62,196 nt of DNA, filler included, from Globobulimina sp. (GCA_003354225.1; 30 parts of 30 records of this genome joined end to end with filler, not necessarily neighbours in it), one strand, 5' to 3'. Shown: positions 10,391-23,788, counted from the first letter of the whole stretch. The notes: a model not told the origin generated them from the letters alone. Program-made: numbers and translations.

Positions 10391-12181
10391 CCGTCGGCCA
10401 CGGCGCTGCCGACCACTGCGTGCATGTTGGTGCGTGATCTGAGCGCGACGGAGAGCGGCTGGAATGAGGTGGACGTGGACTGTAAGTGGCGGGTCTCGGA
10501 CTGGAACAAGACTAAAAAGTGCGGCAAGGTGACGTTTTACTCGCAGTTCGTGCTGGTGAGCGACATAGTTATCCATCAACGGCGGAGGCGGAAAGGTTAT
10601 GGGAGCAAGTTGCTGCAGACCATTATCTATTCGTTTCCGAGCGGCACGCCGTTTGCGGCGGAAATCGCGCTGGGGAACGACGGCGCGGTGCATTGCTTCG
10701 GGAAATGCGGCTTCGTCATTGCGCGCAATGAAGGCGACAGCTTCTATATGACGTTGGTGAGCGAGTATGATAAGGCGGAGGTGGCGGAGTTCAAACAGTG
10801 CAGCATTTTGAAGGATGGCGGGCGCGGCAGAGAGGAAATTATCAAAGAGTTGAAGGAGTCCAAGAATAGGATCACGTACGGCAGGAATGCGGAGAGTAAG
10901 GAGGAAATGCTGCGAGGTATGCCATGTCGTCATGCATTTTAGAGTGTGGCTCAAAAGTTTTTTTTTTTGCTTTACCGTTACATGTCCAACATGTGGCAGT
11001 TAAGGAAGAAGAGTACGAGGATATATTTATGGAGGACGGCAGTGTGGACGAGAAGAAAGAGGAGAAACGGAGTGACGATATGAAGTTCGATGAGGTGGAT
11101 TACGGCGAGACTAAGGAAGAGGAGTTCGACCCGGAGAAATTGAACCGATTGCTGGCAGAGTTGTGTTGCAAGGAAGACACCGCTTTGATCGATTGCGTGT
11201 TGCGCGTCATCGCCAAGTGTATGAATGACCGCTATGAGCGGCTGGATCTGGAACAGTTGAGGCGGGATTTTGAGCAGGCTTTGTATGACCCATTCAAATA
11301 TCTGAACACTGGCAATAATTATAAGGAGGCTTTTGCGATGGATGAGAAAGAGAGCGATGTGAAGAACGCGGAATATGTGAAATTGGCGTTTGATGTGTTG
11401 TATTGCGCTGGATTCGTGAAGCGGAGATTTGGTGTCATGCGTATGGAGGAGGAAGACGATGATTTTTATGACAGAAAAGAGCCGGATTTGGCTATGGACG
11501 CAAACGCAGAGCGCTTTTACTTAGCGTTTGAATCCGATGAGGTGTGGAAATTAGAGGCTACGAAGGAGCTAATAAAACATTATAAGTTGCACGTACGCGG
11601 CAAAAACAAGTTGAATTTTGTGAAAGCCATCGCTTTCGATATGAATCCAAGCCAGCATTGGAAGCATATCTTTGACGCTGAGCCGCATGGTCGCGAAGTA
11701 AGGTAAGTTTTGCATTTTGCATAAAGTTTTTTGAACTGACACATGTCCACTGACTGCCACTTTGCTAGAGCTCTTTAAGTGCATTCATAAACAGTCAGAA
11801 ATATTTATAAAAACATTTAAAGCCATTCTGGCAAGTTCTGGGATATTTTCTTGTGATAAATGTGTCACAAATGTTGTTGTACTGTACAGGGATAAGACCA
11901 TCAGAGTATTAAAAAAGATATGTAGCGGCATCGTGAACAATGCGAGTAACTTACAACACCGCGCTCGTAATCTGAACTATTCCTCTTTGCGGCAGAAATT
12001 CGAGTGTCCGGTCCCGCTCTCTTTATTAGAAAAGTACGGCTTCGAACAGCGGGAAGATTTGTATAAAAACGAGGTGCGGTTAGTGTACAAGCATCAAAAT
12101 GTGAGTAATATTAAGCAAATGTATGAGAAAATACAATACGAAGAGAAGTTAATCCGCGACGCAGATATCTTCAGTGGGTAA
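10391..12181 (+). CDS. Spliced GNAT acetyltransferase + PUB-domain protein (exons <10391-10916, 11000-11702, 11890-~12181)
   Basis: GNAT motif A SDIVIHQRRRRKGYGSKLL. GT-AG introns 10917-10999 and 11703-11889 join three ORFs in frame. Last exon is PUB-like: TIRVLKKICSGIVNN...RARNLNYSSLRQKF...LLEKYGF. Confidence 0.7.
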
Positions 12182-12468
12182 AACCGGGTTGTCTGATTCG
12201 AAATACATCCCATCGACACTACAATTGACCATTTTACCGGCTGAATAATTATTCGCCATATAATTTGCGTACATAATTGTGGAATTGACATTATTGCGTT
12301 CATAACATCTCTTTTTATGATCTGCAGCCATGATTTTCCTCCCTATATTTTATGAAGTTAAGGGACCTNNNNNNNNNNNNNNNNNNNNNNNNNNNNNNNN
12401 NNNNNNNNNNNNTTAATTAATTAANNNNNNNNNNNNNNNNNNNNNNNNNNNNNNNNNNNNNNNNNNNN

Positions 12469-13678
12469 CATTATTATACAACAAATCTAAATTAATATCT
12501 TGTGAATGAAAACTGATTTCCTTCGTTTTATACATTTGCATTTTATAGCGTTTGGTATTTAGGTTATTATTATTATCATAGTTACTGTCATACCGTTGCA
12601 ACTCAATTACATTTTCCATGGCTTTCATGGCCGATATCATATCATCACAATGCATCTGCAACACATTGATAATCTGAATCTCGCTCAATAATCCTGGAAT
12701 ATTCTGCACATATTGTCTGAAAAATAAGTGTTTCATTTTTTTAAACTCGAAATATTGCACAAAATGTCTCAGTTTGCTTAAAATTGCTTCATTCCACTCC
12801 GTATTTGTTACACTCTCTTCGTCGTCGGATGATAAACGAATGATTTCTTTCTCCTCGCTCTCACTGTAAGTGTCACTCGATTCCATTTCCCGAATTTCAT
12901 ACTTATTTTTGGCCCATTTCAGCACCGCAATCCATAGATATTCTTGTGGCATATCCTTGAAACAGTTATTCTGAAACAACAGCATTTGAATCACAGCGTT
13001 GCTTAACTGAGGAAAGTAATTATTATTTATCATTGCGGAGAAGAACGAGTGTGAAATATGAGAGGGCAGTTTTAAAATTAATCGGTCAATCATTGAGTAT
13101 AAATCATAGTGTTGGCAGTCTAGGATCAATGACACAAATTGCACGGGATACTCCTGGATGGTGAGGGTAATGGAGTCGATGTAGGATAAGCAAGCCAGTC
13201 GCAATGGACTTAGACCATATTTTATGGAGCTGTCATATATTCCTATCACGTTTGTGATAGATATGAATGGGTTTAAACCATAAAATAACAGACGTAAATA
13301 TTCAAATGTCGTCGGTGAGATGTTATTGATGGATATGGTGTGATTATGGCTGTCATATTCATCATCATCATCATCATCCAGAGGGAAAATTATTATTTCT
13401 TCTTCCTTAGATTCTATTAATTCAATTTTCGAGGATTTATTGGGGGTGGAATGGGTGGACTGGGTGAGAGGCTTTGATTTATTTATTTTGTAATGATGGT
13501 TTCTGTTTGGAGTACAAAATATTTTGTCTCTTAATTTTTTGGTGTGTACTGCAATTAATGCCCGGACACAAGCAAATGTCTTTTTTTCTTCATTTGCTCG
13601 ACCAACCTCGATTGAGATGTCACATAATGTTTGGTCCTCCAATAATGTCTTGAAATTGCGTCGTACAAAAGTCTGCAT
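12469..13678 (-). CDS. BTB/POZ-BACK domain protein, 3'-partial
   Basis: LLEDQTLCDISIEVG...FACVRALIAVH, NISPTTFEYL...FY, KYGLSPLRLACLSYI, QEYLWIAVLKWA. Likely ATG at 13678. Confidence 0.8.
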
Positions 13679-13808
13679 TGTTACAGTCAAAAACCACTCA
13701 AAACAATGCAACAAATTTTCAAAGTTTTTTTTATTGATAAAGAAAAACTCGCTGCAGTGATTTTGTATAAGTCTATAAGACTGACAGAACTTTTTAAGAA
13801 TTATAAGC

Positions 13809-14276
13809 TTATAAATTTGGAAGTTCATAATATGGGTTATTCAATGCCTTTGGAACATTTTGATTAATGCAACATTTTGCACCACATAAATGGCAAAACT
13901 TACAAAGCCAAATGTACCGATCATAATTAATTCGGAGATTCAACCATAGGACAAGCACATTGACCAATGTCTCTGTTGCGCGCAACGAATATGGCAACCC
14001 AAAGCCGAAAAAGATATTTGAATCTGAATGGAGTATCTCTGCTTGGTATAAAATTGATAGATGGAATCCTTGATTCGCAATGATTGCTGTTCCAAATAAT
14101 AAACAATGTTTAATCATAACATTTGATATTAAATTTACATTTTTCTCTGCTTTGACAGAAACTGAAGAATCAATATTGGTGCTTATTTTCCTCATTTTAG
14201 ATGCAAAAATAATCAAAATTGATACGTTCAGCAATAAATCATTGATACACAATGGTCCTGTAATGTATGGAACCAT
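13809..14276 (-). CDS. C-terminal part of a 7TM-like membrane protein
   Basis: Three TM segments followed by YxxxCKFCH and a Cys-rich tail. Confidence 0.5.
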   Translation of the reverse strand: MVPYITGPLCINDLLLNVSILIIFASKMRKISTNIDSSVSVKAEKNVNLISNVMIKHCLLFGTAIIANQGFHLSILYQAEILHSDSNIFFGFGLPYSLRATETLVNVLVLWLNLRINYDRYIWLCKFCHLCGAKCCINQNVPKALNNPYYELPNL

Positions 14277-14546
14277 ATTTCCGCAAATGCTTCCGGTGCG
14301 TCCTCTTCTTTTCTATAAGCAAAGTGAAAATATCTAACTATTAAATGAATAAAATCGCCAATGCTGCTCAGTACACACAACATCATCACGGCCATCGTTA
14401 AATTTCTAAATGTTGCATTGATCCATGCTGATGAATCGTCAATGCANNNNNNNNNNNNNNNNNNNNNNNNNNNNNNNNNNNNNNNNNNNNTTAATTAATT
14501 AANNNNNNNNNNNNNNNNNNNNNNNNNNNNNNNNNNNNNNNNNNNN

Positions 14547-16459
14547 CGGTCAGGTCGATCCCCGGCGCAGCTCATTGCATTCCACCGGTGATCATCGGTA
14601 AGTATGAAGATTAAATTGTGCGCATCCAACACTGTCAACAATTGGCGGTCCACGATCTCGCTGAAAGAATATACGCGCTCCAACTCAGAGTAAACTTGCA
14701 TTAAATTATAGAGAGTCGGCACATCGTCTTCGTTGAATAAGGCAAATTGTTTTGGTGCGGCTGCCGCTGCCATGGCTTTGTTGCCAGCCTGCGATTCTTG
14801 AAAATATTGTAAATATTCGGATCTGTGCACTGTCATAATTTTTTTGAATGCTTCAAAAGACAATGGAGCAATATTTTTTTTAGAATATTTTTCTTTCATA
14901 TTGTTTTTTTTTATGTAGCGCTCCAAGCGTTGCTTGATAAATTGCAGAGAATCGACGTCTTTCAAATCTTTGCACATTTTGCGCTTATACTCCCTTATTT
15001 GCGTCAAGGTGATTTTCAACTCGTTTTGGATCCAAATGCGGGTAAATATTTTATCGCCCTCGTTGCGGATGCCTTGAATCTCTCGCTTTGCCAATTCGGT
15101 GTCGTCTCTCATTTGGTCGTCATCGGACTCGTCGTCGTCGTCGGAGTCGTCGTCTCTGGCCTTGACGCGCCGTAATACGATGTCTAAAAATTGTGCGCGA
15201 GACACTTGAGTATAACGCGACTTTTCAAGCAATTCGCGATCCACATTTCGGCGCATTTGTTTTAATGCAATTAGGAAATATCGCACTTTCCAATAAGGGA
15301 TGGATTTGTTCTCCTGGTCGATGCTGCGGAATATGACAGTGGCGACGGCGTCGTTTTGTATGTCTTCAAATACCAAATGAAAATGGGACAGATAGATCTC
15401 GGCGTCGTTGCCGTGCGCTTTTGCCGCGTCCTCGCAGTCTCGAATCATATTTTCAATGCGGCGGACGCGAGCTATCAATTTGCGCACTTCATACAAGAAA
15501 TGAATAAAATGGTGCCATAATGAAGCGTTTTTGCCTTTGGTCGAGGTGAATTTGGGGTCATTATTGCCGAACGTTTGTATATTGGTGATAACAATCTGTT
15601 GCTCGTTGGGATCAATCACATATAATAATGGCAAATAATCGGCCAAATGTTTCTCATTAAATGATTGCTCGAAATCAAATTTGCCGTCGCAAGTCTCATT
15701 CAAAGAGGACTCAATGTGCGCTTCGATTAGTTTTGCTGAAAAGGGAAACAATTTTGTATGAGATAAATGAATCGAATCACGTGTATGATTTAATATAGTT
15801 TTAAACCACAATTTTGCGGCATATTCAATCTTTTTCCATTCAGATTTTGTGTTTGTTGACTTATTTTTATTTTTTTTCTTAGTAAATTTATTTTTGGCAC
15901 ACATTTTATTATAAAATTCATTCAAATCATAATCGCGATCGTGTGCTCTTTTTAGTATTTGATAGTCGACAATGCGTCGAATAGTTCGTGGCGTCAATTC
16001 GTAGCGAGATTGTTCAACCAAATACCATATGATCTCGTTATCGGTAAATAAATTTTTTATTTCTTTTGAACCGGGCATCGCTTTAATAACATCCTGCGAA
16101 TATTTGCAGTTCATATGTTGCGAAATGAGGGATTTGCTCACTTTGAAAGATTTACTAAATTGGGATTTGATGTCAGTGGCAAATAATATGCGGTGCAACA
16201 GACGCAAAATATATAGTAATATGATGCACCACCAACGAATAAAAAAATAATACGTCCAATAAGATAGAAATTCCATTTGTAACTGTGTCCGTGTGATAGG
16301 TAATCGATACCGATAACATCTTTGACAGAGTTTTGGTTGCAACCGGCGCACATTTACAATCTCCTCGTTGTCTAAACCCAGTCGGTCGCCTAATCTTTGC
16401 ACGGCGTCCAAATTTTGCGAGTCCATTTTCTGAGAAACTAATTCTGAGTCAGATTGCAA
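14547..16459 (-). CDS. Large hypothetical protein, partial
   Basis: More than 630 codons open, one hydrophobic segment, an acidic tract; no family recognised. Confidence 0.65.
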
Positions 16460-16623
16460 ATCAGAATATGAAATATGAATATCGGCGGAAGATACGCGAC
16501 TGTAACCAATTATTGTTCGTTGGNNNNNNNNNNNNNNNNNNNNNNNNNNNNNNNNNNNNNNNNNNNNTTAATTAATTAANNNNNNNNNNNNNNNNNNNNN
16601 NNNNNNNNNNNNNNNNNNNNNNN

Positions 16624-17981
16624 CGCTAAGGAGGATAGATTTAATTTTAAGTTGCCATGGAAATTGTAATTGTGATAGTTGTCTGGGTCTGGAATTTTAA
16701 GCAATGCGTCTTCCACAAATTGGGTGAAAGTAAAGGCGGCGGCTTTGGCATTTTCGACTACGATGTCATGATTTAATTCTTCGTCGGCTAAGCCGGCTGC
16801 GACATTGGTGCATAATGACATCGCTGCTACGCGTAAACCAATGTTATATGCCGCCAATATCGATGGTACCGTCGACATACCAACACATTGCGCACCTTTT
16901 CACAACATTTTGCATTCGGAATTTCACGAAATGAGTATATATAAAAATGCATTGCAATGCATTTCCATTCACAAACAACCACATTACATATCGTCAAAAA
17001 ATGTGTGTGCCGCTGCATGGAAACTGCTTGCAATATTATTTAAAAACGTATTTTAGACGCATTCAGAAACAAAAAACATGTTTGCTTCGGAACTTTTACA
17101 GTACCTGTTTTTATACTGAATCGTATTTGCGACGCAGTCTCATAACACGGTCCCATGCACCACCAATATGTGCCAGAATAGTATGGAAAGGCCCGTTCCT
17201 TTGCAGTGTCTATCAATATTTGCGTGATTTCTTTATTCAACAAGTTATCACATTTCATATGCCTGACACCAAACATTTCATCGTTGGCAGAGTGTCCTAA
17301 TACAGTATAATTTACATCGCGTATATAGTCAGTCATAATCACCACACTGCCGGCTTCCTGATTGCGTATACATCCACCGGCCGCATTGGTTAATATCAAT
17401 GTGTGGACACCGCATAAATATGCTAAACGCGCACAAAAAGTAACTTGATACATTGGATATCCCTTTTCAAGGTCAAAACGAGTGAAAGGATATCTGATGG
17501 CACTGCATTATGTCACGTACCTCGTAGGAATGCAGCCTTCCAGAAAAGCACATAATTCGTTTCTTTGTGCCATTTTTAGCGACGAGATAGCCCATAATGA
17601 TCTTACCAGAATGTCCTTTAACAGTTGGTTGTGGTAAGAATGGTATTTCAGAGTATTTCAATTCCTTCACATCTTTCAGTTTAGCTCCAAATTCACCCAA
17701 ACCACTGCCTAACACAATTCCAATCGGCGCCGTACCAATACGAGATAACACAAACTGTGAGGCTACAATTAATTGGTTTCGGTAATCAAAGGCTCGGACA
17801 GTTTCTGGATTTTCAACTTTGGCAACGCTCTGACTGTTATGTTTGGTTTGATAACGTTGATTACTTAATTGGAGAATGTGTAGATTATATAGACAAACTC
17901 TGAGAGTTCCGCTAAATGTTTTTGATGTCTCATTACATTTAATAGAGAATCTATTTTTGATAAAGACGCTGGCGCTGACAT
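16624..17981 (-). CDS. PNP: Purine nucleoside phosphorylase (trimeric PNP type), 4 exons, 3'-partial
   Basis: GIVLGSGLG, PTVKGHSG, GRLHSYEG, TNAAGG, GPCYET, VGMSTVP, SLCTN. In-frame GT-AG introns at 17864-17898 (35 nt), 17463-17520 (58 nt) and 16896-17104 (209 nt). Confidence 0.92.
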
Positions 17982-18051
17982 GATTTGAGTGCTTTGGTTT
18001 TTGAGCTGATAATACAGATTATTTTGAAGATGTAGAATGCTCACAAAGATG

Positions 18052-18600
18052 TTACTGGAAAAGACAAGTACATGGCCCATCACATTCTGAACATATCCAT
18101 AACATTTCATTATATTTGAATCCATTTGATTCAAAATGTAATTTTAAATTCAATTGATGCATATGAGTATATCCACACTTATTAGTTTTAATAAGATCAT
18201 GCTGACAATGCTGAGTGACATACACACAATGCATATCATCATCAAAATCAGTAACTTCAGTGCCTGTTTTTGTTAAATCTGTGCAACTATAATTTAAACG
18301 ACAAATATTTTTGCTTGGTACATGCATCAATAACACAGTATATTCAGTGTTATTTGTTCCTGAACAATCTTTCCATTCAGCAGTGAAACATTGTGCAATA
18401 CTCCAAATACCGTATTTTTTGTCAATTATAGTTCTTGCCATGTCATCTTTGTTCCAATTTGGAAATAAAAGAGGAATATGATTTTTACATATTTGTTGCA
18501 TTCCTTTCTCAGCACATTTGCTGCAAATATATACATTCCAACACGTCTCTGTGAAACAATTTTGACAGCATTTACAATGCATTACAATAATGAACTTGAT
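18052..18600 (-). CDS. Cys-rich hypothetical protein, 5'-partial
   Basis: 176-aa frame with several CxxC pairs; stops 70 bp before the PNP ATG. Confidence 0.5.
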   Translation of the reverse strand: MKFIIVMHCKCCQNCFTETCWNVYICSKCAEKGMQQICKNHIPLLFPNWNKDDMARTIIDKKYGIWSIAQCFTAEWKDCSGTNNTEYTVLLMHVPSKNICRLNYSCTDLTKTGTEVTDFDDDMHCVYVTQHCQHDLIKTNKCGYTHMHQLNLKLHFESNGFKYNEMLWICSECDGPCTCLFQ

Positions 18601-18700
18601 NNNNNNNNNNNNNNNNNNNNNNNNNNNNNNNNNNNNNNNNNNNNTTAATTAATTAANNNNNNNNNNNNNNNNNNNNNNNNNNNNNNNNNNNNNNNNNNNN

Positions 18701-19161
18701 CACCGAAGTAAACACAGAAAATAATATCAAAATTAATAACAACCTGTAAATCATTGTATTATATCGAATTGCTAGTTGGTTATGCCATCGTTAGTGAGTT
18801 TGTTGAATCTGTATTGGATGGAATAGAAAATGGTTTGTTTGAAACAACGAAATGGAAAAGAAATCAAATTAAAATACGACTTGATGTAGAATGTGATGAT
18901 GCATTTAATCCAAATGATTTTGTATCAAACATTGGGAAAATTATTCATTGGTTGGATTGTTCCGAAATAAACGATTTTATGTTTTTGTTTGTATTTAGAA
19001 ATTTGAGAAACGAAATTGATAAAAATATTTTATTCAACGAATTGAAATCAAAATGTTTATCAACAAATGTCAATATTCACGGATCAACAGATCGTTTTAC
19101 AGTCACAAATATTGATTGCAAAATTAATGGACTTTTGGAATTGATGTGGATTGATGAATAA
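18701..19161 (+). CDS. C-terminal fragment of a hypothetical protein
   Basis: Frame open from the contig edge to TAA at 19161; T-rich 3'UTR follows. Confidence 0.5.
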
Positions 19162-20254
19162 TTTATTCCTTTATAATCAAAATATAACTGTCAGTACAAC
19201 CTGTGGTTAGTTGCTATATATTGCAATTATACTAATAACTTTTTTTTTTCTATTACCTTTTTTTCTGTACCATACTAATTATTAATAATAATTAATTACT
19301 TCACTATTAACTTTTTTATGAAAGTTTATTGTTCGGGTAAAAATAGTGCGGTCATAACAGTGGAACATGATGTGATAATTGCATACACAGCAGCTCATAC
19401 AATAACTGCCAATGGTGTATTAGATGTCTGTTGTTCTAACAGTCAATCAACAAGTCGTCAAGGACAAATTAGCAAATACCGGGTGAAGCGTTTTTTAGTG
19501 GCATTATCATTAAGCATTGGTGAATGGGAAGTAGCATATCAAAACATTTCCGAACAAATCACAAATTTATTTATTCTATATTTCAAAAATCATCATCGAA
19601 TGTGTTAGAAATCAACGAAACGCAAATGTTGGTTGAACCGAGCTTTCATCTTTTTGAAAATCACCCCATTTATGCTGTTTTTTGAGTTCATCTGTTTCTG
19701 AGGGCATATTTAGCGAACTGTATAATTCAATGCTGATTGTGATGTTTTATAGACACGGATGAAAAACTTAACGTTGCGTCGGGAACTGGAGCCATCGGAG
19801 GAGGCGGTGGTGGTGCACCTGATGATACACTTGACACTTCATCTGAAAATGAGAGATAATCTAGATCTGAAAATGAGAAATCATCCGTCGAATAATACCA
19901 TTCCCTGCGATGGAATGAAGCACTATTTGTGCTTCCACTGCTTTCCATGTGTTGACGTCTACGTTTTGCAATATTATTTCGAGTATGTCTTTGTCTTTGT
20001 CTTTTTTTTGATTTTGATCCACCACAACACGCGCACAACGTTGCAAATTTGTTTTTTAATTTATTAATTTGATATTTTAAACCTTTGGTTTTGGAACGGT
20101 TTCTTCTTTTCATCTGTATTTAATACAATCAAAATAAAGAAATTATTGCATAAAGAACAAAGTAATGTACATACAAATATTGTTGTTTGCATCTTTATGA
20201 TTTCAACAGAACGTTTGATTTAAACAAAGGTGCTTTGATATTATCAAATGGTAA

Positions 20255-20307
20255 ATTTCGGCGATTTCGGCGATTTCGGCGATTCAAACAAATAATTTCG
20301 GCGATTC
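20255..20307 (+). promoter_or_regulatory. Four copies of ATTTCGGCG upstream of SENP8 (candidate promoter element)
   Basis: Three tandem copies at 20255-20281 plus one at 20295-20303, 50-100 nt before the ATG at 20356, in an otherwise AT-rich spacer. Confidence 0.45.
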
Positions 20308-20355
20308 AATAACTTGTAAGCAGCTGCAAAAAAAAACTTGGCAGCGACATCATTC

Positions 20356-20673
20356 ATGGCATCTGATAAAGATTTAATGCTTACATTTGAACAAAGCACA
20401 GTTTATGTATCAGACTACAGCACATTGAATGATGGTACATGGTTAAATGATACAATAATTGGTTTTTGTTATGATATTTTCGCGAATAAAATGTATAGCG
20501 ATGCACCAAAAAATTCATTATTATTTATTCATCCAACAACAGTGAATGTCATTAAATTTGAGAACGACGAGGAGGACTTAGTTCCATTAATTACAGATTG
20601 CGGAATACCACATTATGATTATATTTTTTTGCCAATAAATAATTCGCGATCAATGTTTAGTGTAAGTGGCTAG
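20356..20673 (+). CDS. SENP8: NEDD8-specific protease (SENP8/NEDP1, peptidase C48), N-terminal part
   Basis: VYVSDYSTLNDGTWLNDTIIGF, LFIHPT, YIFLPINNS. Truncated, or followed by an intron, before the catalytic HW. Confidence 0.8.
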   Translation: MASDKDLMLTFEQSTVYVSDYSTLNDGTWLNDTIIGFCYDIFANKMYSDAPKNSLLFIHPTTVNVIKFENDEEDLVPLITDCGIPHYDYIFLPINNSRSMFSVSG

Positions 20674-20947
20674 CATANNNNNNNNNNNNNNNNNNNNNNN
20701 NNNNNNNNNNNNNNNNNNNNNTTAATTAATTAANNNNNNNNNNNNNNNNNNNNNNNNNNNNNNNNNNNNNNNNNNNNACCGGCTCGGGCGTCTCGGGGCT
20801 TGCTTCTTTTTTGCCTACGGGAGCGGGATTTCCTCCCTGGTTGATTGCAATAAAACAGCATTCAAACATTTACCATCATCACTCCCTAAATTATCAAAAA
20901 TATATTTAGCATTAATAACATTTTTTATTTTAACTGTTTTTATTATA

Positions 20948-22754
20948 ATGCTGATTTATAAACAACTACAAAATATCATACTGCGTAAAATAACAACAAT
21001 AACTAATAAAAACACAAAGAAAGATAAAAAACATGATATGCAAATAAATACGTTAATTTATTCAAAGATCAGTAAATTCTCTGTGGTATTTTCATCTTTA
21101 TTTGCAATTATATTAACTGCGACATTTATAATAGTAACATTGGTCATTAGTTTTATGTCATTTGGCATGTCCACGTCAAGCAATGTAATTTCGTGTGACA
21201 ATCATGATTTGTTCGGTCGAATCATTGGTTTTGTTTCATTTTTTTCTGGAATAGTTATGGCGGTGATGTCAACATTCGTTTTTGCTGTATTTATAGGAAT
21301 ATGGGCTGTGCCGACACATTCCAAATTATTGAAATATATGTTGTATTCACCAATTTCTGCTTTTAGAGAGCGAAAACGCATTTGTTTATTTTATTTTTGG
21401 ATATTGCCAATTGAGTTTTTCTTGGTATGTCATCAATTTACATATTGGAATAATTTGGATCGCGAGGATTGTACAACGGATAATGAGTCGACATTTTATA
21501 CGGTAAAAGATATTAGAAATGCATCAATGTTATGGATTATTTTAATTGTTGTCGTTATTTTATTTATTTTTTACTTAATCCAACAATTTAATAATATACG
21601 GAATGTTATTATTGGTGAAATAAATCAACAAATTAAAAATTTTTCTGAATGTAAAAAATATTCATTTATTGTCGAATTTGTGAGAGATTCTGCAGTTTGT
21701 ATTGATCCACCTGAAACAACATCAATTTTATTAATTTCATTTGTATTCATTACAAATAATTTATTCTTTCTATGGATATTTTTATCCTTTTTTATATCAT
21801 CAATGAGTTTATTGATATCATTAAATCAACGTATTACATTTTTTAGTATTGAAAATGTAAATAATTTACCAATTTCATTATTCAATCCAATCGAAATATA
21901 TTTAATGGTTGAATCAATAATATTAATCATTGTGTGTGTTGTTGTTGTGTTTTTATCATATAAATTATACTTAAAAATATATATTTATTATAACAGTTGT
22001 GATGAACAAACAACATTAAAGAAATTGACTGAGAGCCATTCAACATTAAATTTTGCGTTTTGGATTAGTATCCAGTTTTTATTAATGTTACATTTATTCT
22101 TTGTGTATAAATTTAATATAAAATGTATAACTTTGGAGAAGAATAAATTAAATATATCATTTTTAATATTATTTTGGTTAATTATTAGTGTTATTATTGT
22201 AGTATTTTATCGTTTAATAATATATAAATTATTATACAATTTAAGTATTAATGCCATTGATTATCAAAAGAAATTTGAAAGATTAGAATCAATTTTAGAA
22301 GAAATTAAATTGATAGAAATTGAAAAGGAAAACACTTCACAAAAAAGACAAGAAAAGAGACAAAAACGAGAACAAAGAGATAAAGAGAAACATTTAGAGA
22401 AGGAAATGAATCTAATTCGACAAGAAAGAAATAAAAAAATTGATACATTCTTTCAAAATATATCAACTAAAACGCAAAAGGAAATATTTGATAAAATTAT
22501 AGAAAATGTTTTTATTTTAGAGCAACATTCGTTTATTCAATTGGAAATATTACAAAAATTAACATCTCATTTGGAACCAATTCATTTCGGTACAATGTAT
22601 CATGGAATTTATTATAATTTATTAGATTTATTTCATTTATTTTTGTCAAATGTATATAATAAATCTATTGAGGTCTGTGAAGATCTTAAACGGCAGGGGT
22701 ACTCAAGTGCTGAAGGTCACCTGATTCAAGGTGCATGTGAATATCAATTGAGTT
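20948..22754 (+). CDS. Multi-pass membrane protein with coiled-coil and possible TPR start, 3'-partial
   Basis: About 600 codons open, 8-10 hydrophobic segments, a K/E/Q-rich helix; very AT-rich. Confidence 0.65.
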
Positions 22755-22854
22755 NNNNNNNNNNNNNNNNNNNNNNNNNNNNNNNNNNNNNNNNNNNNTT
22801 AATTAATTAANNNNNNNNNNNNNNNNNNNNNNNNNNNNNNNNNNNNNNNNNNNN

Positions 22855-23301
22855 TTTGCAAACTGTTTATTTTGAACTTTATTTTAACATTAATTTGTTT
22901 TTTTTTTCTATGAAGAAACAAACCTTTTTCTTTTGTTGTAATGCACACAATTTTTGTGTTGCTTTATGATGATTATTTAAATACTTTTGGTACATTTTCA
23001 ACATAACAGCATGTTCAATAAATATTTTGCCAACATTGCATTGGTTGTTTGCCCCTAAATTTCTAAATTCTTTTTCAAACTCTGTCAATAATGTTTCATG
23101 TAAATTGTATATGATTTTAATGTCTCTGGGAAAGATAATATGAAACTCTTTGTTTGATATTACATCGCTTGTTTCCAACGGCTCAATAAATATTGTTATT
23201 AGCTTCCTCAAACCATTGATATATGTCTTTTCCGTCATTAATAGCTCTTCAATAACTTTATTTCGATATTTTACAGCATCAACATGTGCCATGATTGACA
23301 A
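22855..23301 (-). CDS. RhoGEF (Dbl homology) domain protein fragment
   Basis: RNKVIEELLMTEKTYINGL, IF...IYNLHETLL, VGKIF, LKMYQKYLNN. Confidence 0.85.
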
Positions 23302-23788
23302 AATAAATCAAAAACTTTAAGACTTTGTTACTACTGCAAAGTTATGGAATAGCTGGAAATTTGGTAAAATTACACAATTCTATTGCACAAATATTCAAAC
23401 AATGTCCATGCAGCATCTGTTGATTGAAAAGCATACGTACCATCATACACAACAATACATTTTTCTTCTTCCACATATATACCGGTATGTCACTAATGTC
23501 AGTCATATATTAAGGGGACAAAGGACAACAAATAGTTTTGACAAAGATTAAAGTGATACCGTGTTGTAAATTACATTAAAACAGTCATTCACATTCCGAA
23601 CATGCCAGTGCAGCTGTTCTGATATCACATTCCGAACTTGTCAATTATGCGTCTATTTTTAACATAATTGCCTCAAAAGGATAGCAAAAAAACCTCACTC
23701 CATCTTTACATTAAAAGATATAAGAAAAACGATTTAACGAATTAAATTAACGACATTAACAGAGTCTGAGAGGATCGATATTTGTGTG

